Shown: positions 46,999-56,559 of the stretch, in pieces | How the letters are laid out: the number at the start of each line of letters is the position of its first letter | How positions within the stretch are numbered: position 1 is the first letter of the stretch | Origin: a virus | IMG/VR virus record: IMGVR_UViG_3300020183_005033 | Span: 32,001-96,000 of that record | DNA: 64,000 nucleotides | Reading direction: 5' to 3' (one strand) | Made by a program: the position numbers and the translations under genes | The notes under the pieces: model-generated | The model's input: only the letters and a program-made list of their open reading frames with translations | What the model was told of the DNA's origin: nothing | The model's database searches: none

Positions 46999-49900
46999 GT
47001 GACAGTTACTATTAAATCCAAGGAGCAATTGCTGGGCACTTGGGTCAGAAGAATCAAGAATAATACTGATATTACTGACTTTCAAACAGGCGGCGCTCTT
47101 GTTACATTAATGGAAGCTGTCGCTCAACAGGTTTATCAGGCGCAGCTATCCGTGCTAAAAGTGCTTGAAGTTACTGAAGTTGATAATCTTGTTGGCGAAA
47201 GACTCGATGATTTGGCCGAGTCTCTTAAAATTCCAAATGGTCAGGGCGGAGTGGGTCGTCAAGCGGCTATTCAGGCTACCGGTACCGTAACGATTGGTTC
47301 TGAGTTTAAAAAAATATCAACTCGCGCTTATGCCGGCAGACCCGCTCCGTATGCAGGCTCAACAGTTCTTTATGTTCAAGATGCCTCAGAAATGTTTGCA
47401 GCCGCTCCGGTTAATGGAAAAGTTTATCTTGGTCGCAATACGGTTGATTCGTTTGAAGGACCTATTTTATATACGAGTATTTCTTCAACCGGAACGTATT
47501 GGATTATTAATCTTGCTGACCCTCTTACAAAAGATCATCCCTATACCGACGAAATTGTGTTGGCGCAGGGAGGAGATAGAACTATCAACGCCTCTACCGT
47601 TGTACAGGTGCCAGCGTCCGCAGAGTCTCCTGCTATTCAGCTTACGGTAGATGCGGCAGTCATTTTGCCAGACGGAGAGGATTCTGTTACTGTTTCCGTA
47701 ACTTGCTCTCAGTTTGGCGTTACGGGGAATGTTGCTTCAGGTGCTGTTACAGAATTTTCCGCAAAACCTTTTGTTGGCGCCACTGTTATCAATAAGCAGC
47801 CATTCGTTAATGGTTTTGATACAGAATCAGACGCCTCTCTTCGTCAGCGAATTAAAGATTATCCAAATACACTTGCTCGTGGAACTGTTGGGGCGATTAA
47901 TTCCGCACTCTTGACAGTTGTAGATGCCGACACCAAGAAAAAAGTTGTTTCAGCGTCTGTTATTCGCCCTTTAGAAAAAGGCGAACCAACAACGGTTTAC
48001 GTTGACGACGGATCTCTACTTGAACCCGTTTTTCTTGGCCAGGACTATGAACTATTGCTAGCAAAGGCATCTGGATTAGAGCAAAGTTTTAGAACTGCTC
48101 AAGCTCCGGTGACTCCCGCCGTTGTAGCGGGCGCACAGCAGGCTCCGTATGTGCTACAGGCGGGCATGTCCATTACGTTTCTTATTGATAATATTCCCTA
48201 CGTATACACAATCGCCCCTTCAAATTACAAAGATTTGACTGCAGCTACAGCTTACGAAATTGTTCGTGATTTAAATTCAGACGCTGAAGGTATTCTTGAT
48301 TTTCGCGTTACTGAAAATGGTACAAAAATCGTTGCGATAGACAGAACAAATACTGCGGAAGAGATACGTGTAATTCCGGGCGAATTGCAAAGCGTATTGG
48401 GTTTCCCAACCGTAACTCAGCGGCCTATTTATTTGTATAAAAACGGAATTTTGCAATCCTTCAAGGGAAAAACAGCAACAATTTCATCCAATCCTTTTTC
48501 AAATTGGTCTATTACCGGAGCTTCTTATACAGGACTACAGGTAATCGTTGACGGCGTAGCTGTGGCCGTTGCTGATATTACCAATACAGACTTTTTGTCG
48601 CGTTTTGGCGTTGCTATGACTGCAGCAACTGCCGAAAACTGGCGAGAGGTTTTGCAAGCGAAAATTCCCGGCGTTACCGTAATCTTTCAAGATAATAGAT
48701 TTATTATTAGTTCAAATAAAGAAAATAATTCCTCCAGTGAAATCACAATCAGCGCCGGCGGTTGGATTGGGCCAGCTTCTATTTTTTCTACAGAGCCAGA
48801 AGAAAGAACATCGGTAGGCGCCTCAAAGGATTATACCTTTAATAGATATACCGGAGATATTCGCTTTATTTCGCGATTGCAGGCCGGAGATATTATTGAG
48901 ATAGCTTCGGTTAATACTCGTGCATTTGTTAAGTCTACGACCACATCTACTGGTCTGTATGATTTATCAAATGACTATCCTGGATTTGGTCAGTCTAAGT
49001 TTATTGTTGCTTTGGACGGTGACGTACAGGTTAAAACAACGGGAAGCATTACGAACGGCTTAATCGAAGTTACAGAAATTGATTCAAGTGGTTTGACCGT
49101 ATCTCTTCAAGATTATTTAGGAAATGGACTTTTTATCAATGCCGAAATTAATGACTATATCTACTTAGCGGCAGTTAAGGAAACTGAAACTACTCCAATT
49201 TCTGGATTTTCTTCTTTTTCCGACGAAGCCATAGGTTTTTATAAAATTAAAAAAATTGTGCGCGGCACGGTTCCTGCAAACTCTGACACAATCGTCGTAG
49301 AGGTGTCTTCCTATCAGGCAGCGGCTGCTTTTATTCTTGGAGATAGGTACGACACTTCATATTTGGGTGCGCCAACATTTAAGTTATTCTCTTCCACCGT
49401 TGTCCCGCAAGTTGTATCGCTAGTTCCAACGGCAGCGGCAATAGTAGAGGAGGTGGCGAATCAAATTAACGAACAAATTGTCGGCGGCGTTGCGGAAAGA
49501 AGCTCCGGACAGTATTTCTTTTTAAGAACAAATACTTACACAGACGGACAGATTTCAATTATTGCAACTTTTGGAAAAGCGAACAATCTATTCACCTCGT
49601 CAGCTGGATCTGCTTTGCAATCTCACGTTGGATCGTCCTCCTCCGTGTATTTGGATGGTGGTTTCCCCGTTGTAGCAGAAACAGTTTTGCCTTCCGATCC
49701 CGCAGCCGGATATGCGGCTCGTGATTATTTAAAAGTTGCTCCAAACTATACAGAAGTAACACAAACAACAACCAACCCAATTGCTCAGGCTGCCTCCATT
49801 GTTAGTACCTATCCAGTTGGATTTCAGGAAACTTGGGTCACAGGAAAGCTGTCAGGATGGACAGGGCGCGTTTACAACACAGAAACAATTGCACCATTTG

Positions 49901-52900
49901 AAGGTTTTTTAAGAACAGATAGCGCAATTAAGCCAATTGGCTCGGTGAATGTTACCTCGGAAACCCTGGACAGATATTCTAATATTTCCCTTAGGTTGCA
50001 AGATTTATCCATTACCCCCTTTGATAAATTCGTTGTTGAGATGGATTTAGATTCAGCCAACAAAACAATTACTTTGCCTTTATACAAAAAAGCTATTATT
50101 TCAGATGAGCAGCAGATTGCGATTTCTGGAAAAGGTCAAAAATTTCAATTTACTTTAAAAGATCCAGAAGATTTTGATAAAGAGTTTTTTGACGTTACAA
50201 GCCCATTTAGAGATTTTGATTTTAACGATTTTAAAGTAGTTGGTAAGTCAGTCGGTGTTTATAAGTTAAATAGCGCGGGTATGGGCTCGAATGAGCCGGC
50301 ACTGGCTATTCGCTCTACTTCTTTTGGCGGCGCCAATAGAGTTAAACTAAATGTTCTTTATCCCCAGTCTCCATCAAAGGGTGAAATTACAATTAGTCAC
50401 TCAAATGTGTACGAAAATGAAGAGGTTCAGACTGTAGTTGTTGCAGAGATGGCGTCTCAAGCGGCCATTCCCTCTACAATTTTTAATTCCGGCACTTATA
50501 AAGTGACTAATTCGTCTACATCTAACAATCTTACAGACATTACTTTGTCAACATTTCAGCCATCAATTACTGCAGTTGCTAAATTTGAATCACTTAGTCC
50601 TTCTTTTGGCTTTTCTTTTGGGGCACGTTCTGCAAATTATCCGGGAGTGCTAGGAAATAGCATCGAACTCGTTATTCAAGATAGCGGTAAACTGGGCACA
50701 ACGGCAGAATTAGTTCAAATGATCGCTCAGTCAACTAAAAAAGTAATTCTTGATTTAAGAGGTTCTGCCCCCACTAGCGCTCAGCTAGCCGCCGCGTTAA
50801 GTGTCAGTACATATTTAGAAACAGTAACCGAAACAGTCGTGGGAAGTGTCTTATCGCTCGTGAAGATTCCAAATACATATGGCTACATACCAGAAGTTTC
50901 GGCAAAAATTTCAAATCCATATTTTACCATTTCCTTCAATCAGGTGGACTACAGTCCGCGCTTACGCGGAGCTGCGGGCAATTCATGGTCATTTAAATGT
51001 ATAAGCACTGGCACGGGTACACCAATTGTAACTATCAATACTGCTCAAAAAATAATCGAAGTTAATTTAAGAGGCTCTCGCCTTTTGTTAACCGACTTAG
51101 AGAATTTGCTTAATGGCTCGTCTGGTTTTAATGCCAACATAATTAAAGTAGAGGTCTCAAGCGGAGACCAGTATTTAGCTCCGTTTGGCCCTTCTTTCTT
51201 CTCCGGTGGAGTAACCGTCTCCAATACAATTTATACGTCAGATGGGGCAGATGAGACAAATGGTGTTTTTGATGGTTTGTATTTAGTCAACAATTTATTA
51301 CAGGTCAACGGAACACAATCCACTGTTTCCATGCCAATTGGGGTTTGGCCAATTGTTGATAAGCCGACTGCAGCGGAATTAACAATCCGTGTTCCTAATT
51401 ACGTTGGCCTATCTTCGGCTACAGCAGTTAATACTATTTTCAATGCTGCCAACTATCAGCTTCAGTCTTTTCCCGTCGAGGCAAAAACACTCAAAGATCT
51501 GGCAGATGCAATTAACGCCTATTTGCCAGAAACACCAGTCGTTACTGCAGCTATTTTGGGATTAGAAACCACCAACGCTCTTATGCCGGGAGGTGCTCAG
51601 ATCCCTCGGGCTACGTATATTAATTACACAAACCCAAACGCCTTGCCTGGTACCGTTGATAGCTCAAGCTCAGCATTGTCATTCCATGCTTTTTGGGCAA
51701 ATCGTTCAGAAGGTTGTTCGATTTATGATTATGATTTGCTTGGAAATGCAATTAAGTCGGTTGTCCAGTCAAATGATGCAATGTTCCCTAGCGGAAATGC
51801 TATTTTGGGTACGGCATATTCTTCGGTGGGCGAAGAGGTTTATCTTCTTCCAACAAATGCGGCTACTTTTAGTAGATGGGCAAATTTTGCGCCAGCTTCT
51901 TCGTTGCCAATTCAGGCTGATATTGTTCGAGCCGAAGGCGCTGCAAAAGTTCAAATTTCTTCAAAGCTTCGAGGAACAAAAGGATCTGTGTATCCAAAAG
52001 ATACACTTGCAAATAATTATAAAACAGTCACACTTGAGGCCGCCTCAGCTGAGAATGGTTCGGTTTACTTTCCCCTGTTGGTATCGCAAACAAAACAGCT
52101 ACCAAGAGGCTCAATCGTAAAAGTAAAGAATGCGCTTGTTTCTGAATTATTAAGGCCATTTAGGGTTGCCTCCCCTCTTGCAAACTTAACTCCGGCCAAT
52201 ACTGCAAACGAAAAGACTTGGTTCAGAACAGGAACAAATATTGTTTATGAGCAGGCCAGTTCAACACGTGGGCGATTGTATTTCTTGAGACACGGGCAGT
52301 CAGCTACAATTGGTAGCATTTCGGTGACCGACACTGAGCCATTAGCTTCAGGTACAGAAATTAATATTACGTACAATACTCCCTCTGTAGGCTTAGCGAC
52401 TATTACTTGCTCAGCGGGAACGCTTTCGGCTCGAATTGGCGATATGCTTTATATTCGTTCGGCGGGATTTCCTGCCGAAGTAAACTGCCCCGCTCTTGAT
52501 AGCGGTCTAGTTATGAACAGCAGCCTTTATGATAACCCCTATGGTCTAACAGGTTATGTGGGCTATCCAGTAGTTCAGGTCAATGACTCAACAAGCTGTT
52601 GCGTCATTGCTCCAAATTTGACTCAAAATCACACACTTACCCTTGCCGCATCGACAGATCTTGTTTTTGTTCCTACTGTTTATACAGAAAAAAACATCAA
52701 GACACAGCATAAGGCGGGCTCACAAGGGGTCGAGGTTCTTGGAAATGTGGCAACTCAGGGAACCCATGCAGAGTCTATTTCGGGTGTTTGCTCATACGGA
52801 ATCGTAAAAAAACTGTCAGATGGGTTTTCCGCCCTGATTCTTTCTAACACCTCCGACGGCACAACGCCTCCAGATCGCTTAAACGACACAATGCTACTCG

Positions 52901-53994
52901 CAGAGTGCGGTGTAAATACCGACGATTATGTGTTTTTAAATGGATTTGGTCAAGGAGTTGATGGTCAGTACCAGCTTGTAGCGCACGACGGAAAAAATAC
53001 GGCTATTCTTTATAACTCAGTTCTTCCGATTCAAGACGTTGTTCAGGATAGTGTCACACGCTCAGTCAATGTAGGTAAAAATTGGTGGGGCAAAGAATTG
53101 CAAATTGTCGATAATGATTCGGCTGATTATACAATTGACCCTCGCGTAGTTCGTATTGTGGATGCTGAGTCTGTTTTGCCCGGATGTAAGATATCAATTG
53201 CTTCGGCTGCTGAAGGTACAAGTAATTGGTTCCCGCAAGCGCTCGTAGGGATTTGGACAGTAACAGAGATTGGTTTTTATGGCCCTTCGGCTAGTATCTG
53301 TCCGTATATTGAATTTGATATGCCAGCCGGGGCTCCCGCCGCAGCACAACTTGTTACTATTGCGGCCGCGAATGAAGAGAATATTGGGTTTTTGGAAAAA
53401 GAACCATTTTCTGCTTTTAGGCTTGTTCAGGGATGGGCAATTGATCCTAAAAATGCAGAAAACGCTCAAGCCTATCTGACTCCAGCTAAATCTTATCAAA
53501 AAATTTCAAATTACCTGGGATCAGAAATTGAATGCGTTCATAAACTAGGATACGAAACTGTACCTAAAACCGGTATCGACGGATATAAAATTTTTGGTGG
53601 CCTTATTCGAGAGGCTCAAAGAACTGTAGATGGCGTTCCTACTTCAATTAGCAGATATCCCGGTGTTAAGTCTACGGGAACCGATGTATCGGTATTGCCT
53701 CCAATTCCTCGTTCAGTTTCAGTTTCTTTCCGAGTTCGCGCTCGTGATGGTATTTCGATTAACACAATCGCAGCCGTCGTTCGCTCTGCCGTAGTATCTT
53801 TTATTGGCGGATTGGGGATCGGTCAATCTGTAATTTTGTCCGAGCTTATAGGATTGGTTCAAGACATTCCCGGTGTTGTTTCTGTAGAAATTATCGAAAC
53901 TCTCCCCTTTGCAGTTGACGGGCGTATTCCGGTTGCGGATAATGAAAAGGCAGTGGTGATAGATTCGGCATCTAACATTAGCGTTGGGCAATAA
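46999..53994 (+). CDS. Giant baseplate J-like (gp6-like) protein
   Basis: N-terminal ITDFQTGG...GFDTESDASLRQR...ARGT; C-terminal IGQSVILSELIGLVQDIPGV; GAGGAG RBS, GTG start. Confidence 0.85.
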   Translation: MTVTIKSKEQLLGTWVRRIKNNTDITDFQTGGALVTLMEAVAQQVYQAQLSVLKVLEVTEVDNLVGERLDDLAESLKIPNGQGGVGRQAAIQATGTVTIGSEFKKISTRAYAGRPAPYAGSTVLYVQDASEMFAAAPVNGKVYLGRNTVDSFEGPILYTSISSTGTYWIINLADPLTKDHPYTDEIVLAQGGDRTINASTVVQVPASAESPAIQLTVDAAVILPDGEDSVTVSVTCSQFGVTGNVASGAVTEFSAKPFVGATVINKQPFVNGFDTESDASLRQRIKDYPNTLARGTVGAINSALLTVVDADTKKKVVSASVIRPLEKGEPTTVYVDDGSLLEPVFLGQDYELLLAKASGLEQSFRTAQAPVTPAVVAGAQQAPYVLQAGMSITFLIDNIPYVYTIAPSNYKDLTAATAYEIVRDLNSDAEGILDFRVTENGTKIVAIDRTNTAEEIRVIPGELQSVLGFPTVTQRPIYLYKNGILQSFKGKTATISSNPFSNWSITGASYTGLQVIVDGVAVAVADITNTDFLSRFGVAMTAATAENWREVLQAKIPGVTVIFQDNRFIISSNKENNSSSEITISAGGWIGPASIFSTEPEERTSVGASKDYTFNRYTGDIRFISRLQAGDIIEIASVNTRAFVKSTTTSTGLYDLSNDYPGFGQSKFIVALDGDVQVKTTGSITNGLIEVTEIDSSGLTVSLQDYLGNGLFINAEINDYIYLAAVKETETTPISGFSSFSDEAIGFYKIKKIVRGTVPANSDTIVVEVSSYQAAAAFILGDRYDTSYLGAPTFKLFSSTVVPQVVSLVPTAAAIVEEVANQINEQIVGGVAERSSGQYFFLRTNTYTDGQISIIATFGKANNLFTSSAGSALQSHVGSSSSVYLDGGFPVVAETVLPSDPAAGYAARDYLKVAPNYTEVTQTTTNPIAQAASIVSTYPVGFQETWVTGKLSGWTGRVYNTETIAPFEGFLRTDSAIKPIGSVNVTSETLDRYSNISLRLQDLSITPFDKFVVEMDLDSANKTITLPLYKKAIISDEQQIAISGKGQKFQFTLKDPEDFDKEFFDVTSPFRDFDFNDFKVVGKSVGVYKLNSAGMGSNEPALAIRSTSFGGANRVKLNVLYPQSPSKGEITISHSNVYENEEVQTVVVAEMASQAAIPSTIFNSGTYKVTNSSTSNNLTDITLSTFQPSITAVAKFESLSPSFGFSFGARSANYPGVLGNSIELVIQDSGKLGTTAELVQMIAQSTKKVILDLRGSAPTSAQLAAALSVSTYLETVTETVVGSVLSLVKIPNTYGYIPEVSAKISNPYFTISFNQVDYSPRLRGAAGNSWSFKCISTGTGTPIVTINTAQKIIEVNLRGSRLLLTDLENLLNGSSGFNANIIKVEVSSGDQYLAPFGPSFFSGGVTVSNTIYTSDGADETNGVFDGLYLVNNLLQVNGTQSTVSMPIGVWPIVDKPTAAELTIRVPNYVGLSSATAVNTIFNAANYQLQSFPVEAKTLKDLADAINAYLPETPVVTAAILGLETTNALMPGGAQIPRATYINYTNPNALPGTVDSSSSALSFHAFWANRSEGCSIYDYDLLGNAIKSVVQSNDAMFPSGNAILGTAYSSVGEEVYLLPTNAATFSRWANFAPASSLPIQADIVRAEGAAKVQISSKLRGTKGSVYPKDTLANNYKTVTLEAASAENGSVYFPLLVSQTKQLPRGSIVKVKNALVSELLRPFRVASPLANLTPANTANEKTWFRTGTNIVYEQASSTRGRLYFLRHGQSATIGSISVTDTEPLASGTEINITYNTPSVGLATITCSAGTLSARIGDMLYIRSAGFPAEVNCPALDSGLVMNSSLYDNPYGLTGYVGYPVVQVNDSTSCCVIAPNLTQNHTLTLAASTDLVFVPTVYTEKNIKTQHKAGSQGVEVLGNVATQGTHAESISGVCSYGIVKKLSDGFSALILSNTSDGTTPPDRLNDTMLLAECGVNTDDYVFLNGFGQGVDGQYQLVAHDGKNTAILYNSVLPIQDVVQDSVTRSVNVGKNWWGKELQIVDNDSADYTIDPRVVRIVDAESVLPGCKISIASAAEGTSNWFPQALVGIWTVTEIGFYGPSASICPYIEFDMPAGAPAAAQLVTIAAANEENIGFLEKEPFSAFRLVQGWAIDPKNAENAQAYLTPAKSYQKISNYLGSEIECVHKLGYETVPKTGIDGYKIFGGLIREAQRTVDGVPTSISRYPGVKSTGTDVSVLPPIPRSVSVSFRVRARDGISINTIAAVVRSAVVSFIGGLGIGQSVILSELIGLVQDIPGVVSVEIIETLPFAVDGRIPVADNEKAVVIDSASNISVGQ

Positions 53995-53995
53995 A

Positions 53996-56527
53996 ATGTC
54001 AAATGTTCGTCAGTATTTACCGTTAGTTGCAAAGCCAAATAAAGAACAGGCGCCAAAAATAAACGCCTTGCTCGATGGCGTTGATGACATAGTTGATCAG
54101 CTTGAAAAATACACGGAATATGCGCAAAATCAATTTTTCTTTACAACCGCAGACGCTGAGTATGTTTTTAAGCTCGCAGCTCGAAGTGGTTTTTATTTGC
54201 CAAGAGACGCTGGTTTAAATATCGAGGGACTTAAACCACTTGCCCCATTAATGATCAATCAACCAAAGACATCTTTGGAAATTTTGTTGCGCGTTTTAGA
54301 AATTTATTTTTCTCAGACTTTAACCAGGCCAAGTGTTATTTCTGCTCAGGCTGAGCCATACAGATTAAAAGAAAAAGATGATTTGATTGTAAAAACAAGA
54401 GACGCTGAACACTGTTTGACTGTCGATAAGTCAATGTTTTCTGATATTAAAAACGTATCCGCTTCGGAGTTAGCAACTTATATAAATTCCGTTCAATATC
54501 ATTATATTGCAACCGTTTTTTACGACAGAATCGTCGAGAAAAACAAAATTCGACTTACACCGAATGGCTCTGGTCTAAATGAAATTATTCAAGTAATTGG
54601 CGGAACCCTTCAAAATTTATTACTTTTTCCAAACATTATCCCAACGACAAACTCTTTTCAAACACGTTGGCTTGTTTCTAAGGTTGCTGAATATTCCGAC
54701 ATAGTAACCTTCACATATTTAGACGGGCCGCCACCGTCTATTCATTTAGCAAAAATTGGCGACATTGTGACAATAAGGGGTCAGTTTGATGTAGGAACTT
54801 CCGGAGCTGCACAAATACCGGTGCAAGATATCTTCGGAAATGATGTGATTGATAATTATGGTAACCTGGTAACTGTATTAGTTTATCTAATACAAGGAAA
54901 TTATTCTGTTTTAAACGGCACTTATGAAATTATTGATGTGGGTTACGATTACTTTAAAATTAGAAATAAATATTTAAGGTTACCTACCGGAAATATTGGA
55001 GAAGTAGTACAGCTTTCCCAAAGAGACATTATTTTTACCGAAAATATACCACACAGGGTTTACGATCAAGAGACATTTTCTTATATAACAGAAATGACAG
55101 ACGATGAGTTAAGCGTTACCGTTCCGGCAGTTCCTCCAATCGTAAAACGTTTTTTGCAGGGTGCTTGGCACGCTTATGGGGCTAAGTACACAGTAGCGGA
55201 CTTTACCAGAAATACTGTAAGAATAGAAAGCTCTCCAAATGTGCAATTACCCACACAGGGCGCAAGTTTTGTTTTAGAATCTGATACTTTTGCTGCAAAT
55301 TATGCACAAAAAAGGTTTAAGATTCTAAATACTAATCCCTCCAACGGAATTATCACTTTAGAAAACTCAGACGAATATAATGTTTTGCCTTACACAACCC
55401 CTACCTTAATTGGAAAAAATAACCCATTCTTTTGTGATATCAATTCGGATGTCGTGGAGATGGATTTTAATTATCGTCATGGATTATTTTCAGGGTCAGA
55501 AATTATTATCAATTCTGCTGCGATTAATTTGGAAAGCAATATAGATGTTAATGGGTCTTGGGTGGTAGATAGGGTTTTGTCGGATACAAAAATATCTTTT
55601 AAAATCAATCAAAAAAATATTGGCACACCTTCTGCTAGTTCTGCGGTTTTGTATTCCCTTGGTAATAAAAAATATCGTCTGCAGTTTTCCTCAACGACGA
55701 CTCTTAATTTGTCTAAAATAAATGTAGTCGGTAAATTTTTTGAATTTTACGAAGATGGCACCGCAAATATTTTTAATCCCTACACTTGGCAAAAACTAAA
55801 AGCTAGGTGCTTTAAGACGCTCAGCGTAGGAAGTACCAGCGTCGATTTTGAAACACTTGAAGATTGGTCTGTGTTGCCAAACGAAACAATTGCTTCAAAT
55901 GTAAGAGTAAGGACAACCCAAGTCGCGTGGGGGGAAGACACCTCTTCTTATTATTTTGACAAAACATCGGCACGCAATCAAGAAGTTTTTATGAATAATT
56001 TAACAATGACGGCTGCTGATTACATTAAGCCAACTAGTCCATTATATTTGGGTTCTTATTTGTACGATCCGCAAGGATTAGTAACTAGGTATCTTCCCAG
56101 TGCCACAGGCGCTGCTGCGGAGATAGCGATTTTAAGAGGCGAAAGCGGAGTCCTTGTAACTGTTGATTCTGCTTTGGAATTTAGCCAAAACGGAGGGTAT
56201 GTGGTATTTGAGTACGGAACCTCGCTCCAAGAGGGGCCGGTACCGTACATAACTCTTTCGGGAGGCCAAATTGTTATTGACCCAGCGTATGTTTTTAAAA
56301 AAACTCACTCAAAGGGAGCTACAGTTAGGCAGGTAAAAAGATTAGAGCCACTTATGCCAGCCCCTAATGGATTGATGTTTCAGCCATTTTTAACAGGAAC
56401 CTCAAAAGCCCGAGATAGTTTTTTTGAAATTATTAAAAAAATAATTTCCGCTGGAGTTTTTGTTACAGACGATGTATTGTACCCAGAGCTGCGGTTTGCT
56501 GACGAAAGTATTGAGCCATACAAGTAG
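53996..56527 (+). CDS. Baseplate wedge/tail-associated protein
   Basis: Follows baseplate J; C-terminal IKKIISAGV; repeated beta modules. Confidence 0.65.
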   Translation: MSNVRQYLPLVAKPNKEQAPKINALLDGVDDIVDQLEKYTEYAQNQFFFTTADAEYVFKLAARSGFYLPRDAGLNIEGLKPLAPLMINQPKTSLEILLRVLEIYFSQTLTRPSVISAQAEPYRLKEKDDLIVKTRDAEHCLTVDKSMFSDIKNVSASELATYINSVQYHYIATVFYDRIVEKNKIRLTPNGSGLNEIIQVIGGTLQNLLLFPNIIPTTNSFQTRWLVSKVAEYSDIVTFTYLDGPPPSIHLAKIGDIVTIRGQFDVGTSGAAQIPVQDIFGNDVIDNYGNLVTVLVYLIQGNYSVLNGTYEIIDVGYDYFKIRNKYLRLPTGNIGEVVQLSQRDIIFTENIPHRVYDQETFSYITEMTDDELSVTVPAVPPIVKRFLQGAWHAYGAKYTVADFTRNTVRIESSPNVQLPTQGASFVLESDTFAANYAQKRFKILNTNPSNGIITLENSDEYNVLPYTTPTLIGKNNPFFCDINSDVVEMDFNYRHGLFSGSEIIINSAAINLESNIDVNGSWVVDRVLSDTKISFKINQKNIGTPSASSAVLYSLGNKKYRLQFSSTTTLNLSKINVVGKFFEFYEDGTANIFNPYTWQKLKARCFKTLSVGSTSVDFETLEDWSVLPNETIASNVRVRTTQVAWGEDTSSYYFDKTSARNQEVFMNNLTMTAADYIKPTSPLYLGSYLYDPQGLVTRYLPSATGAAAEIAILRGESGVLVTVDSALEFSQNGGYVVFEYGTSLQEGPVPYITLSGGQIVIDPAYVFKKTHSKGATVRQVKRLEPLMPAPNGLMFQPFLTGTSKARDSFFEIIKKIISAGVFVTDDVLYPELRFADESIEPYK

Positions 56528-56559
56528 TAAAATCGCTGTATTAAGCAAGAGGAGCTAAA

